The notes below the pieces were generated by a model that had not been told where the DNA came from, did not search any database, and saw only the letters and a program-made list of their open reading frames with translations. Positions 10,350-20,714 of a DNA stretch of 64,000 nucleotides are shown one piece after another (the first letter of the stretch is position 1; each line of letters begins with the position of its first letter). Origin of the DNA: an uncultured Clostridia bacterium (GTDB lineage Bacteria > Bacillota > Clostridia > Christensenellales > UBA1242); the NCBI GenBank assembly GCA_944377165.1, contig CALWEJ010000003.1, positions 10,150 to 74,149 of the forward strand. Direction: 5' to 3'. A program made the translations under genes and the position numbers.

Positions 10350-10539
10350 TTACAAAGATATGACTATTAAAGAGTTGAGTGCCGAAGAAAGCAAACTTCG
10401 TAGCGAACTATTTAACCTTAACTTCCAAAAGAAAGTTGGACAATTAACAGATAGTTCTCGTATCGGCATCACAAAGAGAAATATTGCACGTGTTAAAACT
10501 GCTATAAGACAAAAACAAATTGCTGGAGCAAAGGAGTAA
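10339..10539 (+). CDS. rpmC: 50S ribosomal protein L29
   Basis: Track ORF 10330-10539 begins at a GTG. ATG 10339 ([14 protein letters not shown]...) lies 6 nt after GGCGGTG and is the more likely start. It overlaps the rplP 3' end. Confidence 0.93.
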   Translation: MKNNYKDMTIKELSAEESKLRSELFNLNFQKKVGQLTDSSRIGITKRNIARVKTAIRQKQIAGAKE

Positions 10540-10543
10540 TATT

Positions 10544-10804
10544 ATGGAAGAAAAACAAGTAAACCACAAGACAATTCAAGGTGTTGTTGTTTCTGATAAA
10601 ATGGACAAAACTATTACCGTTTTGGTGACCAGCAAGAAAAAACACCCAATTTATAAAAAGTATATGACTTATACAAAAAAATATAAAGCTCACGACGAAA
10701 AGAATGAAGCTCACGTAGGCGACACAGTTGTTATTATTGAAACTCGTCCGCTTAGTAAAGATAAATATTTCAGACTTCTTTCTATCGTTGAAAGGGCTAA
10801 GTAG
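10544..10804 (+). CDS. rpsQ: 30S ribosomal protein S17
   Basis: Track ORF 10520-10804 trimmed to ATG 10544 ([23 protein letters not shown]...), which follows an AGGAG SD. Confidence 0.95.
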   Translation: MEEKQVNHKTIQGVVVSDKMDKTITVLVTSKKKHPIYKKYMTYTKKYKAHDEKNEAHVGDTVVIIETRPLSKDKYFRLLSIVERAK

Positions 10805-10813
10805 GAGGCAGAT

Positions 10814-11182
10814 ATGATACAACCATTATCATTATTGAATGTTGCTGACAACACTGGTGCTAAACAAATTATGTGTATCAGATGTATGGGCGGTTCTAAA
10901 AGAAAGTTTGCTAACATTGGCGATATCATTGTTGCCTCTGTAAAGAAAGCTGACCCAGATGGCAAAGTTAAGAAAGGTGATGTTGTGACAGCAGTTATCG
11001 TTCGTACTAAAAAAGGTGTAGAACGTCCAGACGGTTCATCAATCAAATTTGATGACAACGCAGCTGTTATAATTGATAAACAAAAAGCACCTCGCGGTAC
11101 TCGTGTATTTGGGCCAATCGCAAGAGAACTTCGTGCTAGAGGATTTATGCAAATCATTTCACTAGCACCGGAAGTGTTATAG
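10814..11182 (+). CDS. rplN: 50S ribosomal protein L14
   Basis: 122 aa starting [17 protein letters not shown]... Confidence 0.98.
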   Translation: MIQPLSLLNVADNTGAKQIMCIRCMGGSKRKFANIGDIIVASVKKADPDGKVKKGDVVTAVIVRTKKGVERPDGSSIKFDDNAAVIIDKQKAPRGTRVFGPIARELRARGFMQIISLAPEVL

Positions 11183-11192
11183 GAGGTCGAAT

Positions 11193-11543
11193 ATGAAATT
11201 AAGCGTTAAAAAAGGTGATAACGTTTTAGTTATTACTGGTAAAGATGCTGGCAAGACTGGTGAAATCCTTGAAGTTAACAAAGAGGCGGGCAAAGTTAAA
11301 GTCGCTAATGTAAATATTCAATCTCACCACAGAAAGCCAAGAAGTAAAGACGACAAGGGCGGAATCTTAAAGACTGAAGGCGCAATCGACGTGTCTAATG
11401 TACAAGTTGTTTGTCCTGTATGTAAAAAAGCTACTAGAGTTGCTCACAGTGTTGTTGACGGAGAAAAAGTTCGTATATGCAAGAAATGTGGCGCAAAACT
11501 AGACGTCGTTAAAAAGACTGCTAAAAGCAGTAAGAAAGCATAA
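11193..11543 (+). CDS. rplX: 50S ribosomal protein L24 (four-Cys variant)
   Basis: 116 aa with an N-terminal KOW ([19 protein letters not shown]). The C-terminal part carries CPVC...CKKC. Confidence 0.95.
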   Translation: MKLSVKKGDNVLVITGKDAGKTGEILEVNKEAGKVKVANVNIQSHHRKPRSKDDKGGILKTEGAIDVSNVQVVCPVCKKATRVAHSVVDGEKVRICKKCGAKLDVVKKTAKSSKKA

Positions 11544-11557
11544 AGGAGTATGACATT

Positions 11558-12112
11558 ATGGAAAAAGAAATAAATAGGCGTCATGCATACTATAACGAAG
11601 TTGTTAAAAAGGCTCTCAAAGAGAAATTCAATTACAAAAATGTAATGGAAATCCCTAAGATTGAGAAAATCATTTTAAGTCTTCGTCTTGGTAAGGAAAA
11701 AGACAATGCAAAAAGTTTTAATACAGCTGTTGAAGAATTAAGCTTAATCGCTGGTCAAAAGGCTGTACCTACTTATGCAAAGAAATCAGTCGCTAACTTT
11801 AAATTGCGTCAAGGTCAAAAAATTGGTGCTAAGGTGACATTAAGAGGAGAGAAAATGTATGAGTTCTACGATAGACTTATATCAGTTGCTCTTCCACGTG
11901 TACGTGACTTCCAAGGTCTAAGCACTAAGTCATTCGACGGCAGAGGCAATTATAGTTTCGGTGTTAAAGAACAAATTATATTCCCTGAAATTATCTATGA
12001 TAAAATTGATACTGTTCGCGGTTTTGATGTTATTATAGTGACAAGTGCAAAAACGGACGCTGAAGCACTAGAATTATTAAAATTAATGGGCGTACCATTT
12101 AAGAAGAATTAG
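11558..12112 (+). CDS. rplE: 50S ribosomal protein L5
   Basis: 184 aa; L5 sequence and operon position. Confidence 0.97.
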   Translation: MEKEINRRHAYYNEVVKKALKEKFNYKNVMEIPKIEKIILSLRLGKEKDNAKSFNTAVEELSLIAGQKAVPTYAKKSVANFKLRQGQKIGAKVTLRGEKMYEFYDRLISVALPRVRDFQGLSTKSFDGRGNYSFGVKEQIIFPEIIYDKIDTVRGFDVIIVTSAKTDAEALELLKLMGVPFKKN

Positions 12113-12121
12113 GAGTGAATT

Positions 12122-12307
12122 ATGGCAAGAAAAGCAATGGTTAATAAACAGAAAAAACAACAGAAATTCACAACTCGTGAATACACGAGATGTTCTATTT
12201 GCGGTCGTCCACACGCAGTGCTTAAGAAGTACGGAATATGCAGAATTTGTTTTAGAAATTTAGCGCACAAAGGTGAAATACCTGGTGTTAAGAAGGCTAG
12301 TTGGTAA
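12122..12307 (+). CDS. rpsN: 30S ribosomal protein S14 type Z (zinc-binding)
   Basis: 61 aa with CSICGRPH...CRIC motifs. Confidence 0.96.
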   Translation: MARKAMVNKQKKQQKFTTREYTRCSICGRPHAVLKKYGICRICFRNLAHKGEIPGVKKASW

Positions 12308-12319
12308 AAGGAGAAAGTT

Positions 12320-12718
12320 ATGTTAAGTATAGACCCAATCGCAGATATGCTTACTCGCATTCGTAATGCTAATGCTAATAAGCACGAAAGTGTGCTTGTT
12401 CCAGAATCAAAGACAAAACGTGCTATCGCCGATATCTTAAAAGAAGAAGGATTTATCGTTTCTTATACTTCTAAAGAAGTAGAAGGCGTTAAGATGATGG
12501 AATTAACACTTAAATATGGTCCTAATGGCGAAAAAGTCATTCAAGGTCTTAAAAGAATTAGCAAACCGGGCTTAAGAATTTATGCTAACGTAGAACAACT
12601 CCCTAAAGTTCTTAACGGTTTAGGTATTGCTATCGTGTCCACTAGCAAGGGCATTATGACAGATAAAAATGCTAGAAAATTAAATGTAGGTGGCGAAGTG
12701 CTCGCCTACGTATGGTAG
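12320..12718 (+). CDS. rpsH: 30S ribosomal protein S8
   Basis: 132 aa starting [17 protein letters not shown]... Confidence 0.97.
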   Translation: MLSIDPIADMLTRIRNANANKHESVLVPESKTKRAIADILKEEGFIVSYTSKEVEGVKMMELTLKYGPNGEKVIQGLKRISKPGLRIYANVEQLPKVLNGLGIAIVSTSKGIMTDKNARKLNVGGEVLAYVW

Positions 12719-12729
12719 AGAGGTGTAAT

Positions 12730-13275
12730 ATGTCAAGAATCGGAAAATTACCTATCTCAATCCCAGCTGGAGTTTCAGTTGAAGTTAACGGTCGTTTGGT
12801 GACAGTTAAAGGTCCTAAAGACACATTAACTCAAGAAGTTTCTTCAAATGTGACAGTACAAGTTAAAGATAACGAAGTACTTGTAGTACGTAATGACGAA
12901 ACAACTGACTCTAATGCTAAGCAAGGTCTTTATAGACAATTAATCCACAATATGGTAATTGGAGTAAAGGACGGATTTAAGAAATCTTTAACAGTACAAG
13001 GTGTTGGTTATAAGCTTAATAAACAAGGCAACAAACTTGTTATGAACTTAGGTCTTAGCCACCCTGTAGAATTCGCAGAAGTTGAAGGTATTAAAATTGA
13101 TGTTCCAGACAACAACACTATCATAGTAAGTGGTGCTGACAAAGAATTAGTTGGTGCAATAGCTGCTAAAATTAAAGCTTTGCGCCCTATCGAGCCTTAT
13201 CACGGTTATGGAATTCATTACACTAATGAACCTGTAATTTTAAAACCTGGTAAGTCTGCAGGTAAAAAGAAGTAG
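12730..13275 (+). CDS. rplF: 50S ribosomal protein L6
   Basis: Track ORF 12712-13275 trimmed to ATG 12730 (MSRIGKLPISIPAGV...), which follows a GAGAGGTG SD. Confidence 0.96.
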   Translation: MSRIGKLPISIPAGVSVEVNGRLVTVKGPKDTLTQEVSSNVTVQVKDNEVLVVRNDETTDSNAKQGLYRQLIHNMVIGVKDGFKKSLTVQGVGYKLNKQGNKLVMNLGLSHPVEFAEVEGIKIDVPDNNTIIVSGADKELVGAIAAKIKALRPIEPYHGYGIHYTNEPVILKPGKSAGKKK

Positions 13276-13286
13276 GAGGTTAAGTT

Positions 13287-13655
13287 ATGATAAGCAAGGT
13301 AAATAAAAATAGCCAAAGAGTTAAACGTCATATTAGATTACGTCATAACTTATCTGGTACTAGCAAATGCCCACGTCTAAATGTTTATAGAAGTTTATCA
13401 AACATCTATGCTCAAATCATCGATGACGAAAAGGGTGTGACTTTAGTCGCTTGCAATACAACACAAAAAGAGATTAAAGACAAGATTAAAGATATGACTA
13501 ATAAAGAACAAGCAAGATTTATCGGCGAACAAATCGCTAAACTTGCAAAGAAAAAGAAAATCAGCGAAGTCGTTTTCGACAGAGGTGGATATCTTTATAC
13601 TGGACGTGTAAAAGAACTTGCTGACGGCGCTAGAGCCGGTGGCTTGAAATTTTAA
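13287..13655 (+). CDS. rplR: 50S ribosomal protein L18
   Basis: 122 aa ending ...[26 protein letters not shown]. Confidence 0.97.
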   Translation: MISKVNKNSQRVKRHIRLRHNLSGTSKCPRLNVYRSLSNIYAQIIDDEKGVTLVACNTTQKEIKDKIKDMTNKEQARFIGEQIAKLAKKKKISEVVFDRGGYLYTGRVKELADGARAGGLKF

Positions 13656-13664
13656 GGAGAGATT

Positions 13665-14183
13665 ATGGCACAACAAAAGCGTGAATTTAAAAAACCAAGA
13701 TTGGAAGAAAAAGACGAATTTGATAAGAAGATGCTCGCTGTTCGCCGTGTGACAAAAGTTGTTAAGGGTGGACGTACAATGCGCTTCTCTGCTTTGGTCG
13801 TTGTTGGCGATAAGAAAGGTAGAGTTGGTATGGGACTTGCTAAAGCTAGTGAAGTTCCTACAGCAATCGATAAAGCAACAAAATCTGCTAAAAAATCTCT
13901 TATAAATGTTCCTGTTATTGAAGGAACTATCCCACACGAAGTTATAGGAAAATTCGCTAAAACTAGCGTTAAAATGCTTCCTTCTAAAAAGGGTAGCGGA
14001 CTTATAGCCGGTGGTGCTGCACGTACAGTTTTTGAAATGGCAGGTTATACTGACATTACTGCAAAAATTTATGGTTCAACAGATAAAATCAACGTTGTTA
14101 GAGCAACTTTAAACGGACTTAAATCTTTAAGAACTAAAGAACAAGTTGCTATGCTTCGTGGTAAATCTGTAGAAGAGATTTAG
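13665..14183 (+). CDS. rpsE: 30S ribosomal protein S5
   Basis: 172 aa containing VRRVTKVVKGGRTMRFSALVVVGD. Confidence 0.97.
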   Translation: MAQQKREFKKPRLEEKDEFDKKMLAVRRVTKVVKGGRTMRFSALVVVGDKKGRVGMGLAKASEVPTAIDKATKSAKKSLINVPVIEGTIPHEVIGKFAKTSVKMLPSKKGSGLIAGGAARTVFEMAGYTDITAKIYGSTDKINVVRATLNGLKSLRTKEQVAMLRGKSVEEI

Positions 14184-14191
14184 GAGGACGT

Positions 14192-14389
14192 ATGGCTAAG
14201 AAACAATCTAAAACTATTAAAGTGACTTATGTTAAGAGCGCTATCGGTTTTGACAAACGTCAAGCAAAAATCGTTGAAGCACTTGGATTTAAGAAATTAG
14301 GTCAAACTCGCGTTCTTCCAGATAACGAATGTATAAGAGGTAGCATCTTCAAAGTAAAGCACTTATTAAAAGTGGAAGAAGAGGCTTAA
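14192..14389 (+). CDS. rpmD: 50S ribosomal protein L30
   Basis: 65 aa; L30 sequence and operon position. Confidence 0.94.
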   Translation: MAKKQSKTIKVTYVKSAIGFDKRQAKIVEALGFKKLGQTRVLPDNECIRGSIFKVKHLLKVEEEA

Positions 14390-14399
14390 AGGAGAGATT

Positions 14400-14846
14400 A
14401 TGTATTTACACGATTTAAGAAATGCAGAAGGTGCTAGACAATCTAAGAAAAGATTAGGTCGCGGTATCGGTAGCGGTATCGGTAAGACTTCAGGTAAAGG
14501 TCATAAAGGTCAAAACGCTCGTTCTGGTGGCGGTGTTCGTCCCGGATTCGAGGGTGGACAAATGCCTTTATATCGTAGATTACCTTCTAAGGGATTTAGC
14601 AATGCTAAGTTCAAAAAAGTTTACTCAGTCGTTAATGTATCGAGTTTAAACGTGTTCGAGCCTAACACTGAAGTCGATGCAGTAAAACTTCTTGAAGCAG
14701 GCATCTTATCAAAAGTTGAAAAAGATGGTATCAAGATTTTAGGTAATGGTGAATTAAAAGTTGCATTAAAAGTTATTGCTAACAAGTTCACTGATTCAGC
14801 AAAAGAGAAGATTACAGCACAAGGTGGCAGTGTAGAGGAGGTATAA
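14400..14846 (+). CDS. rplO: 50S ribosomal protein L15
   Basis: 148 aa with a Gly-rich N-terminus ([19 protein letters not shown]). Confidence 0.97.
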   Translation: MYLHDLRNAEGARQSKKRLGRGIGSGIGKTSGKGHKGQNARSGGGVRPGFEGGQMPLYRRLPSKGFSNAKFKKVYSVVNVSSLNVFEPNTEVDAVKLLEAGILSKVEKDGIKILGNGELKVALKVIANKFTDSAKEKITAQGGSVEEV

Positions 14847-16156
14847 TGTTTAAGACATTAGCTGACGCTTTTAAAATAAAGGAAGTTAGAAACAAGTTGC
14901 TTTTAACTCTGCTTCTACTCTTTATTTACCGCCTTGGTTGTTGGTTGCCTATTCCGGGCGTCGATGTCGAGGCTTTAGGAGTAAGCATCGAGGGAAATAC
15001 CTTCTTAAGCTTACTTAGTTCTGTGAGCGGTGGCGCGCTAAGCCAAGGTTCGTTCCTTGCACTCGGTGTTTCACCTTATATCACATCGTCTATTATTGTA
15101 CAACTTCTTTCTATGGTTATCCCTTCTTGGCAAAGACTTGCTAAAGAAGGCGGTGCTGATGGTAGAAAGAAAATCAGTCAATATACAAAAGTGACAGCAT
15201 TAATTATCGCTCTTGCGCAAGCAATCGGTATTGCTGTTGGATTCGGAACTGCTGATAGAGTGAATTTACACATATTCGGCGGTAGTGAAATAGTATGCTA
15301 TATCTTCATTGTTTTAATGTTGGTAGCAGGTGCTATGTTCACAGTTTGGCTTGGCGAGAAAATCACTGAGATAGGCATTGGCAACGGTATGTCACTCCTT
15401 ATCTTCGTAGGTATCTTGTCAAGTGCTGGTACTGCAATTATGGGAAATTTCAACGACCTTGCAGCAGGCGGTGAAACAACTCAAAGAGCAGTTTGGCAAT
15501 TAATTTTATTCGTAGTAGCTCTTATTGCTATATTCGCTTTAGTCGTTTTCGTTGATGGAGGCGAAAGGAGAGTCGGAGTTCAATATGCTAAGCAAGTGAA
15601 AGGTAGAAAAATGTATGGCGGTCAATCAACATACATTCCTATTCGTGTAAATGCGAATGGTGTTATGCCAATCATTTTAGCAAGCGCAGTTTTGACTTTC
15701 CCTCAACTCATTATGAGCGTTTTCTGGCCTAATTCTACTAACGCATTCATTACGTGGTGGAATACTTACTTAGGCGCAGGCTCGTGGGTATATGCTGTAT
15801 GTATGGCACTTTTAATTTTAGCTTTCGCATATTTCTGGACTATGGTTCAATTCGATACGGAAGAAATTAGTAGAAATATACAGCAAAACGGCGGATTTAT
15901 CACTGGTATAAGACCGGGTAAACCTACCGCACAATATTTAAACGGAATAAATAAGAAAATTACATTATTTGGTGCTATCTTCTTAGCATTTATGGCACTT
16001 ATTCCTACTTTGCTTTTCACAGCAATCGGAACAGGTGGATTAAATAGCGCATTCAGTGCTACAGGTATGTTAATCGTAGTATCAGTTGCACTTGAATTTG
16101 ATAAACAATTAGAAGCTCAAATGATGATGAGAAATTATCGCGGATTTTTAAAATAG
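14846..16156 (+). CDS. secY: preprotein translocase subunit SecY
   Basis: 436-aa polytopic membrane protein in the canonical position after rplO. Confidence 0.97.
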   Translation: MFKTLADAFKIKEVRNKLLLTLLLLFIYRLGCWLPIPGVDVEALGVSIEGNTFLSLLSSVSGGALSQGSFLALGVSPYITSSIIVQLLSMVIPSWQRLAKEGGADGRKKISQYTKVTALIIALAQAIGIAVGFGTADRVNLHIFGGSEIVCYIFIVLMLVAGAMFTVWLGEKITEIGIGNGMSLLIFVGILSSAGTAIMGNFNDLAAGGETTQRAVWQLILFVVALIAIFALVVFVDGGERRVGVQYAKQVKGRKMYGGQSTYIPIRVNANGVMPIILASAVLTFPQLIMSVFWPNSTNAFITWWNTYLGAGSWVYAVCMALLILAFAYFWTMVQFDTEEISRNIQQNGGFITGIRPGKPTAQYLNGINKKITLFGAIFLAFMALIPTLLFTAIGTGGLNSAFSATGMLIVVSVALEFDKQLEAQMMMRNYRGFLK

Positions 16157-16164
16157 GAGTTAAG

Positions 16165-16779
16165 ATGAATATTGTCCTATTAGGCATACAAGGGTGCGGT
16201 AAAGGTACTCTTGTTGAAAACTTAAGAGGGAAATTGGATTTTGCTTTAATATCTGTAGGTCAATTACTTAGAGATGAAGTTAAAGCAGGTTCAAAGTTGG
16301 GTCAACAAATTCACGAAGCGCAGACAAAAGGTGTTTTAGTCGATTTTGATATTGTTATGGATATATTAGGGAAACGTCTAAATGATGTTAAAGAAAAGAA
16401 TATCATTTTTGACGGCTTTCCTCGAAATGTTGAACAAGCTATCGCATTCGATAAAATGCTAACGGTTGATAAAGTTATTTACTTAAATTTATCTGAAGAG
16501 TTAGCTCAAGATAGACTTTTAAATAGATTAACGTGTATAAATTGTGGATATGTGACTAAAAAAACGGATAGGGAAAACAATATTTGTCCTAAATGCGGTG
16601 GACAACTTAAAACGCGTTCGGACGATACTATTGATAGTATTAAGAAACGTTTTGAAGTCTATAAGAAAGAAACAAATCCGCTGATAAAGATATATCGTTC
16701 GCGCGGAGTATTGTACGAGATTGATGCTAGTCGTACTCCGAGTGAAATAACGTTAGATGTTTTGAAGGTGATAGAATGA
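16165..16779 (+). CDS. adk: adenylate kinase (zinc-lid type)
   Basis: 204 aa with P-loop GIQGCGKGT and a lid carrying CINCG...CPKCGG. Confidence 0.93.
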   Translation: MNIVLLGIQGCGKGTLVENLRGKLDFALISVGQLLRDEVKAGSKLGQQIHEAQTKGVLVDFDIVMDILGKRLNDVKEKNIIFDGFPRNVEQAIAFDKMLTVDKVIYLNLSEELAQDRLLNRLTCINCGYVTKKTDRENNICPKCGGQLKTRSDDTIDSIKKRFEVYKKETNPLIKIYRSRGVLYEIDASRTPSEITLDVLKVIE

Positions 16780-17522
16780 ATATTACTATAAAAAACAAAG
16801 AAGAAATTGAGAAAATGCGTATTGCTGGAAAAATCTTAAAGCAAACGTTAGACTTAATCGAGTCATCAATTTACCCTGGCCAGACCACTTCGCGCCTTAA
16901 TGATTTGGCCTATCAATATATTATATCCCAAGGCGCACAACCTTCCTTTTTAAATTATGAGGGCTTTCCATACACTATCTGTGCCAGTCTAAATGACCAG
17001 GTAGTGCACGGATTTTGCACCGATGTTCCTTTGAAAGAAGGCGACATAATCAGTATTGATTGTGGAGTCATCTGGCAAGGATATCATAGTGATGCTGCGC
17101 GAACTTTTCCTGTCGGGACTATTTCGCGCGAAAAGCAAGCACTAATCGAGGCTACAAAACAATCATTCTTTGAAGGTATTAAAGATATTAAAGCAGGTTG
17201 CAAACTTGGCAATATCAGTCATAAGATACAAGTTTATCTAGAAGAACGCGGTTATGGAGTAGTCAGAGAACTTACTGGGCACGGTATAGGTACAAATCTA
17301 CATGAGGACCCATATGTGCCGAATTATGGCAAGTACAATTCAGGTATTGTACTAAGCGAAGGTATGACCTTAGCAATCGAACCAATGTCAACTTTAGGCA
17401 AACGTGACGTATTCTTAGAGGACAACGACTGGACGGTCACTACGTGGGACGGAAAGCCAAGCGCTCATTATGAGAATACTGTTCTAATCACAAAAGATGG
17501 TGTAGAAATTCTAACTTTGTAG
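16776..17522 (+). CDS. map: type I methionine aminopeptidase
   Basis: 248 aa with MAP metal-ligand context (DCGV...HSDAARTF, TGHGIG, LAIEPM). Confidence 0.95.
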   Translation: MNITIKNKEEIEKMRIAGKILKQTLDLIESSIYPGQTTSRLNDLAYQYIISQGAQPSFLNYEGFPYTICASLNDQVVHGFCTDVPLKEGDIISIDCGVIWQGYHSDAARTFPVGTISREKQALIEATKQSFFEGIKDIKAGCKLGNISHKIQVYLEERGYGVVRELTGHGIGTNLHEDPYVPNYGKYNSGIVLSEGMTLAIEPMSTLGKRDVFLEDNDWTVTTWDGKPSAHYENTVLITKDGVEILTL

Positions 17523-17529
17523 GAGCATT

Positions 17530-17805
17530 ATGAATAGTCAATTCATAGTTGGAGATATTGTAAAATCGCTCAGTGGGCACGATAAAAATCACCTTTTTAT
17601 CGTCCTATCTATTGACAAAAATGGATATCTTGCTATAATAGATGGTAGATATAGAAAACGTGATAAAATTAAGCTCAAAAATCCTAAGCATTTAATAAAA
17701 ATTGCGCACGATGATGAGATTTTATCGAAAGTTAAATCAGTCACATCTACTAATACTGAAATCTATAATGCGATTAAGAAATATCAATCTAGTGTAAAGG
17801 AGTAA
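17530..17805 (+). CDS. small KOW-domain RNA-binding protein
   Basis: 91 aa with a KOW-like N-terminus (VGDIVKSLSGHDKNHLFIVL). It occupies the map-infA slot, where such proteins occur in clostridia. Confidence 0.6.
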   Translation: MNSQFIVGDIVKSLSGHDKNHLFIVLSIDKNGYLAIIDGRYRKRDKIKLKNPKHLIKIAHDDEILSKVKSVTSTNTEIYNAIKKYQSSVKE

Positions 17806-17807
17806 AA

Positions 17808-18029
17808 ATGTCGAAAGAAGATGTTATCGATGCAGAAGGCGAAGTTGTTGAAGTCTTAGGCAATTCTAACTTTAAAGTTAAGATAATGAACGACCACATC
17901 ATTACAGCTTATATCTCAGGGAAATTGCGCGCTAATAAAATTAGAGTGCTCATCGGAGATAAAGTAAAAATTGAAATGAGTCCGTATGACTTAACTAAGG
18001 GCAGAATCGTTTGGCGTGATAAAAAATAA
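17808..18029 (+). CDS. infA: translation initiation factor IF-1
   Basis: 73 aa with an S1-like fold sequence (...GKLRANKIRVLIGDKVKIEMSPYDLTKGRIVWR). Confidence 0.97.
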   Translation: MSKEDVIDAEGEVVEVLGNSNFKVKIMNDHIITAYISGKLRANKIRVLIGDKVKIEMSPYDLTKGRIVWRDKK

Positions 18030-18080
18030 TAAAACAATTCTTATAAATAATATTTATTTGGAAAACTAAAAGGAGAAATT

Positions 18081-18197
18081 ATGAAAGTACGACCATCTGT
18101 TAAACCTATGTGCGAAAAGTGTAAAGTCATTAAGCGTAACGGCAGAGTTATGGTTATTTGCTCTAAGAACCCTAAGCACAAACAGCGCCAAGGTTAA
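18081..18197 (+). CDS. rpmJ: 50S ribosomal protein L36 (zinc form)
   Basis: Not in the track because it is under 60 aa. ATG 18081 follows an AGGAG SD. Translation: [38 protein letters not shown]. Confidence 0.95.
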   Translation: MKVRPSVKPMCEKCKVIKRNGRVMVICSKNPKHKQRQG

Positions 18198-18331
18198 CCG
18201 TTTTTACGGCATAGTTGCGCTCGAGAAGAACGCTACTGTGGATACGAGTATTACTCGATAAAACAAGCACAATGCTTCGCGGCAATTTAGCATTGTGAGA
18301 ATATATTATATAATTTAAGTGGAGGAAATAT
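18198..18331 (+). promoter_or_regulatory. structured rpmJ-rpsM spacer (candidate alpha-operon leader)
   Basis: 134-nt spacer that is relatively GC-rich. It contains hairpins CGAGT-att-ACTCG and CACAATGCT-(12 nt)-AGCATTGTG just upstream of the rpsM SD. Confidence 0.35.
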
Positions 18332-18700
18332 ATGGCACGTATATCAGGCGTGGATTTACCTAATGAAAAGAGAGTTGAAATCGGCTTAACTTATATCTAT
18401 GGTATAGGTAGAGCTAGTGCAAACAAAATTTTGCAAGCTACAGGCATCAATCCTGACACGAGAGTTAAAGATTTAAGCGAAAGCGATATTGCTTCTATCC
18501 GTAAATATATAGAGGCTAATTTTGTCGTGGAAGGTGAGAAGCGTAAAGATGTTTCTCTAGACATTAAGAGATTAAAAGAAATTAGATGTTATCGCGGTCT
18601 TAGACATATTGCTAACTTACCAGTTCGTGGTCAGTCAAGCAAACAAAATGCGCGTACACGCAAAGGTCCAAAGAAGACTATAGCGAATAAGAAGAAGTAA
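18332..18700 (+). CDS. rpsM: 30S ribosomal protein S13
   Basis: 122 aa starting [26 protein letters not shown]... Confidence 0.97.
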   Translation: MARISGVDLPNEKRVEIGLTYIYGIGRASANKILQATGINPDTRVKDLSESDIASIRKYIEANFVVEGEKRKDVSLDIKRLKEIRCYRGLRHIANLPVRGQSSKQNARTRKGPKKTIANKKK

Positions 18701-18712
18701 TAAGGAGTAAAT

Positions 18713-19102
18713 ATGGCTACTAAACAAGAATCTAAAAAGAAGAAAATATTAGTTAGCAATGGTGAAGGTGCTGTACACATTTTCGCTAATTCTAACAATA
18801 CTATAGTATCTTTAACTGATAGTCAAGGTAATCTTTTAGTTCAATGTAGCGCTGGTGCTTTGGGCAACAAAGGTGCTAAGAAGACTACACCTTTCGCAGC
18901 GCAATCAGCTGTTGAAACTGCATTGAAGAATATCGCTAACTATGGTATTACTAAGGTTGCTATTTACGTTAAAGGTGCTGGTAATGCGCGTGAGGCAGCA
19001 ATCCGTGCTGTTGGTACAGCTGGCGTTCAAGTCACTATGATTAAAGACGTTTCACCTATCCCACACAATGGTTGCCGTCCACCTAAGAAGAGAAGGTTAT
19101 AG
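18713..19102 (+). CDS. rpsK: 30S ribosomal protein S11
   Basis: 129 aa ending ...[18 protein letters not shown]. Confidence 0.97.
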   Translation: MATKQESKKKKILVSNGEGAVHIFANSNNTIVSLTDSQGNLLVQCSAGALGNKGAKKTTPFAAQSAVETALKNIANYGITKVAIYVKGAGNAREAAIRAVGTAGVQVTMIKDVSPIPHNGCRPPKKRRL

Positions 19103-19110
19103 GAGGGAAT

Positions 19111-19728
19111 ATGGCTAAAAATACTAATCCAGATTGTAAGCAATGCCGTAGAGATGGTTGCAAACTTTTCTTAAAGGGCGAAAGATGTCTTACAAAATGT
19201 TCATTTGATAAACGTCCTGTTGTTCCTGGACAACACGGCGCAAGCAGAAAGAAATTCTCTGAATATGGTGTGCAATTGCGTGAAAAGAATAAAGTGCGCA
19301 GAGCATACGGTTTATTAGAGAAACAATTTAGAATTTACTATGAGAAGGCTACTAATAGTAAAGAAGCTACTGGTTGGGCACTTCTTAAGATGCTTGAATT
19401 AAGACTAGATAACGTTGTATATCGTTTAGGCTTAGGTTCTTCAAGATCTGAAGCTAGACAAATCGTTAACCACGGTCACATTACTGTAAATGGTAAGAAG
19501 GTTAATATCCCTTCATATCAAGTTAAAGTTGGAGATGTTATCGCTGTTAAAGACAACAAACAATCACTTGAGATGTTCGCAAGTCTAAAGGGTGCTAAAG
19601 TTAATACACCTAAGTGGCTTGAGTTCTCTACTGACAGTTTAACTGGTAAAGTACTTGCACTTCCTGAAAGAGATGATATCGATTTAGGAATTCAAGAACA
19701 CTTAATAGTCGAATTTTATTCAAGATAA
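19111..19728 (+). CDS. rpsD: 30S ribosomal protein S4
   Basis: 205 aa with an N-terminal Cys cluster and an S4 domain. Confidence 0.96.
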   Translation: MAKNTNPDCKQCRRDGCKLFLKGERCLTKCSFDKRPVVPGQHGASRKKFSEYGVQLREKNKVRRAYGLLEKQFRIYYEKATNSKEATGWALLKMLELRLDNVVYRLGLGSSRSEARQIVNHGHITVNGKKVNIPSYQVKVGDVIAVKDNKQSLEMFASLKGAKVNTPKWLEFSTDSLTGKVLALPERDDIDLGIQEHLIVEFYSR

Positions 19729-19743
19729 TAGGAGAAATTAATT

Positions 19744-20700
19744 ATGATGGAAATCGAAAAACCAAAAATACTTTTGGAAGAATCTGACAATGGTGCTAAG
19801 GCGGTTATTACTGTTGAACCACTTGAAAAAGGATTTGGAATTACAATAGGCAATATGCTACGTCGTACACTTTTAAGTTCACTTCCTGGTGCTGCGATTG
19901 TTGGTGTTAAAATCAAAAACGTGCTTCACGAATTCTCTACTATAAAGGGTGTATCTGAAGACGTGCCTGATATTATTTTAAATCTAAAAGCTGTTGCAGT
20001 TAGAACTGAGAATACTGACGTGGATTTCAAAGGTAAGATGACACTAAAAGTAAAAGGTCCTGCGACTGTATATGCTAAAGATATTGAATGTGAAGATGGT
20101 ATATCTGTCATCAATCCTGATTTATATATCTGCACTATCGATGACGATGCTGACCTTGATATGACTTTATACGTTGGTCGCGGTAGAGGTTATGTTCCTG
20201 CTAGTCAAAATAAAGATTTTTCTGACGAAGTAGATTATATAGCTATCGATTCATTATTTACTCCTGTTAAGCGTGTAAATTTTGAAGTTCAATCTAGCCG
20301 TGTTGGTCGTAATCTTGATTTCGACAAACTCGTTTTAGATGTTGAAACACGCGGAACTGTTAGCGCTAAAGAAGTTGTTGCACTATCTGCTAAACTTATT
20401 AACGACTATGCTACAATGTTCGTTGAATTAGTTGAAGGTATGGACGGTGTAAACATTCTTGTCGCTAGAAAAGAAGATGAAAGAACTAAATTGTATGAAA
20501 AACCTATCGAGGAAATGGAACTAAGTGTTCGTAGTTATAACTGCTTGAAACGCGCTGGTATCGAAACTATAGGCGACCTTGCTAAAAAGAGTCGTGCTGA
20601 AATGATGAAAGTTCGTAATATGGGCGCTAAGTCTATGGAAGAAGTTATTGCGAAACTTGAAGCTCTAGGAATTGTCCTTGAAGGCAACGAAAATTATTAA
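19744..20700 (+). CDS. rpoA: DNA-directed RNA polymerase subunit alpha
   Basis: 318 aa. The C-terminal domain motif ELSVRSYNCLKRAGIETIGDL is present. The start could be 19744 or 19747. Confidence 0.96.
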   Translation: MMEIEKPKILLEESDNGAKAVITVEPLEKGFGITIGNMLRRTLLSSLPGAAIVGVKIKNVLHEFSTIKGVSEDVPDIILNLKAVAVRTENTDVDFKGKMTLKVKGPATVYAKDIECEDGISVINPDLYICTIDDDADLDMTLYVGRGRGYVPASQNKDFSDEVDYIAIDSLFTPVKRVNFEVQSSRVGRNLDFDKLVLDVETRGTVSAKEVVALSAKLINDYATMFVELVEGMDGVNILVARKEDERTKLYEKPIEEMELSVRSYNCLKRAGIETIGDLAKKSRAEMMKVRNMGAKSMEEVIAKLEALGIVLEGNENY

Positions 20701-20714
20701 AGGAGAAAAAGGAC

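Noticed and set aside
10711-11157. 148-aa minus-strand ORF, together with similar antisense ORFs at 1938-2360, 3771-4085, 6872-7138, 8407-8679, 10502-10822, 13443-13937, 23405-25278, 25631-25927, 30358-31308, 31493-32917 and 38763-40229.
   Set aside because: All of them lie entirely antisense to strongly supported conserved genes (r-proteins, EF-G, EF-Tu, pgk, gpmI, pyk). They have no SD and no recognisable sequence. They are typical shadow ORFs.
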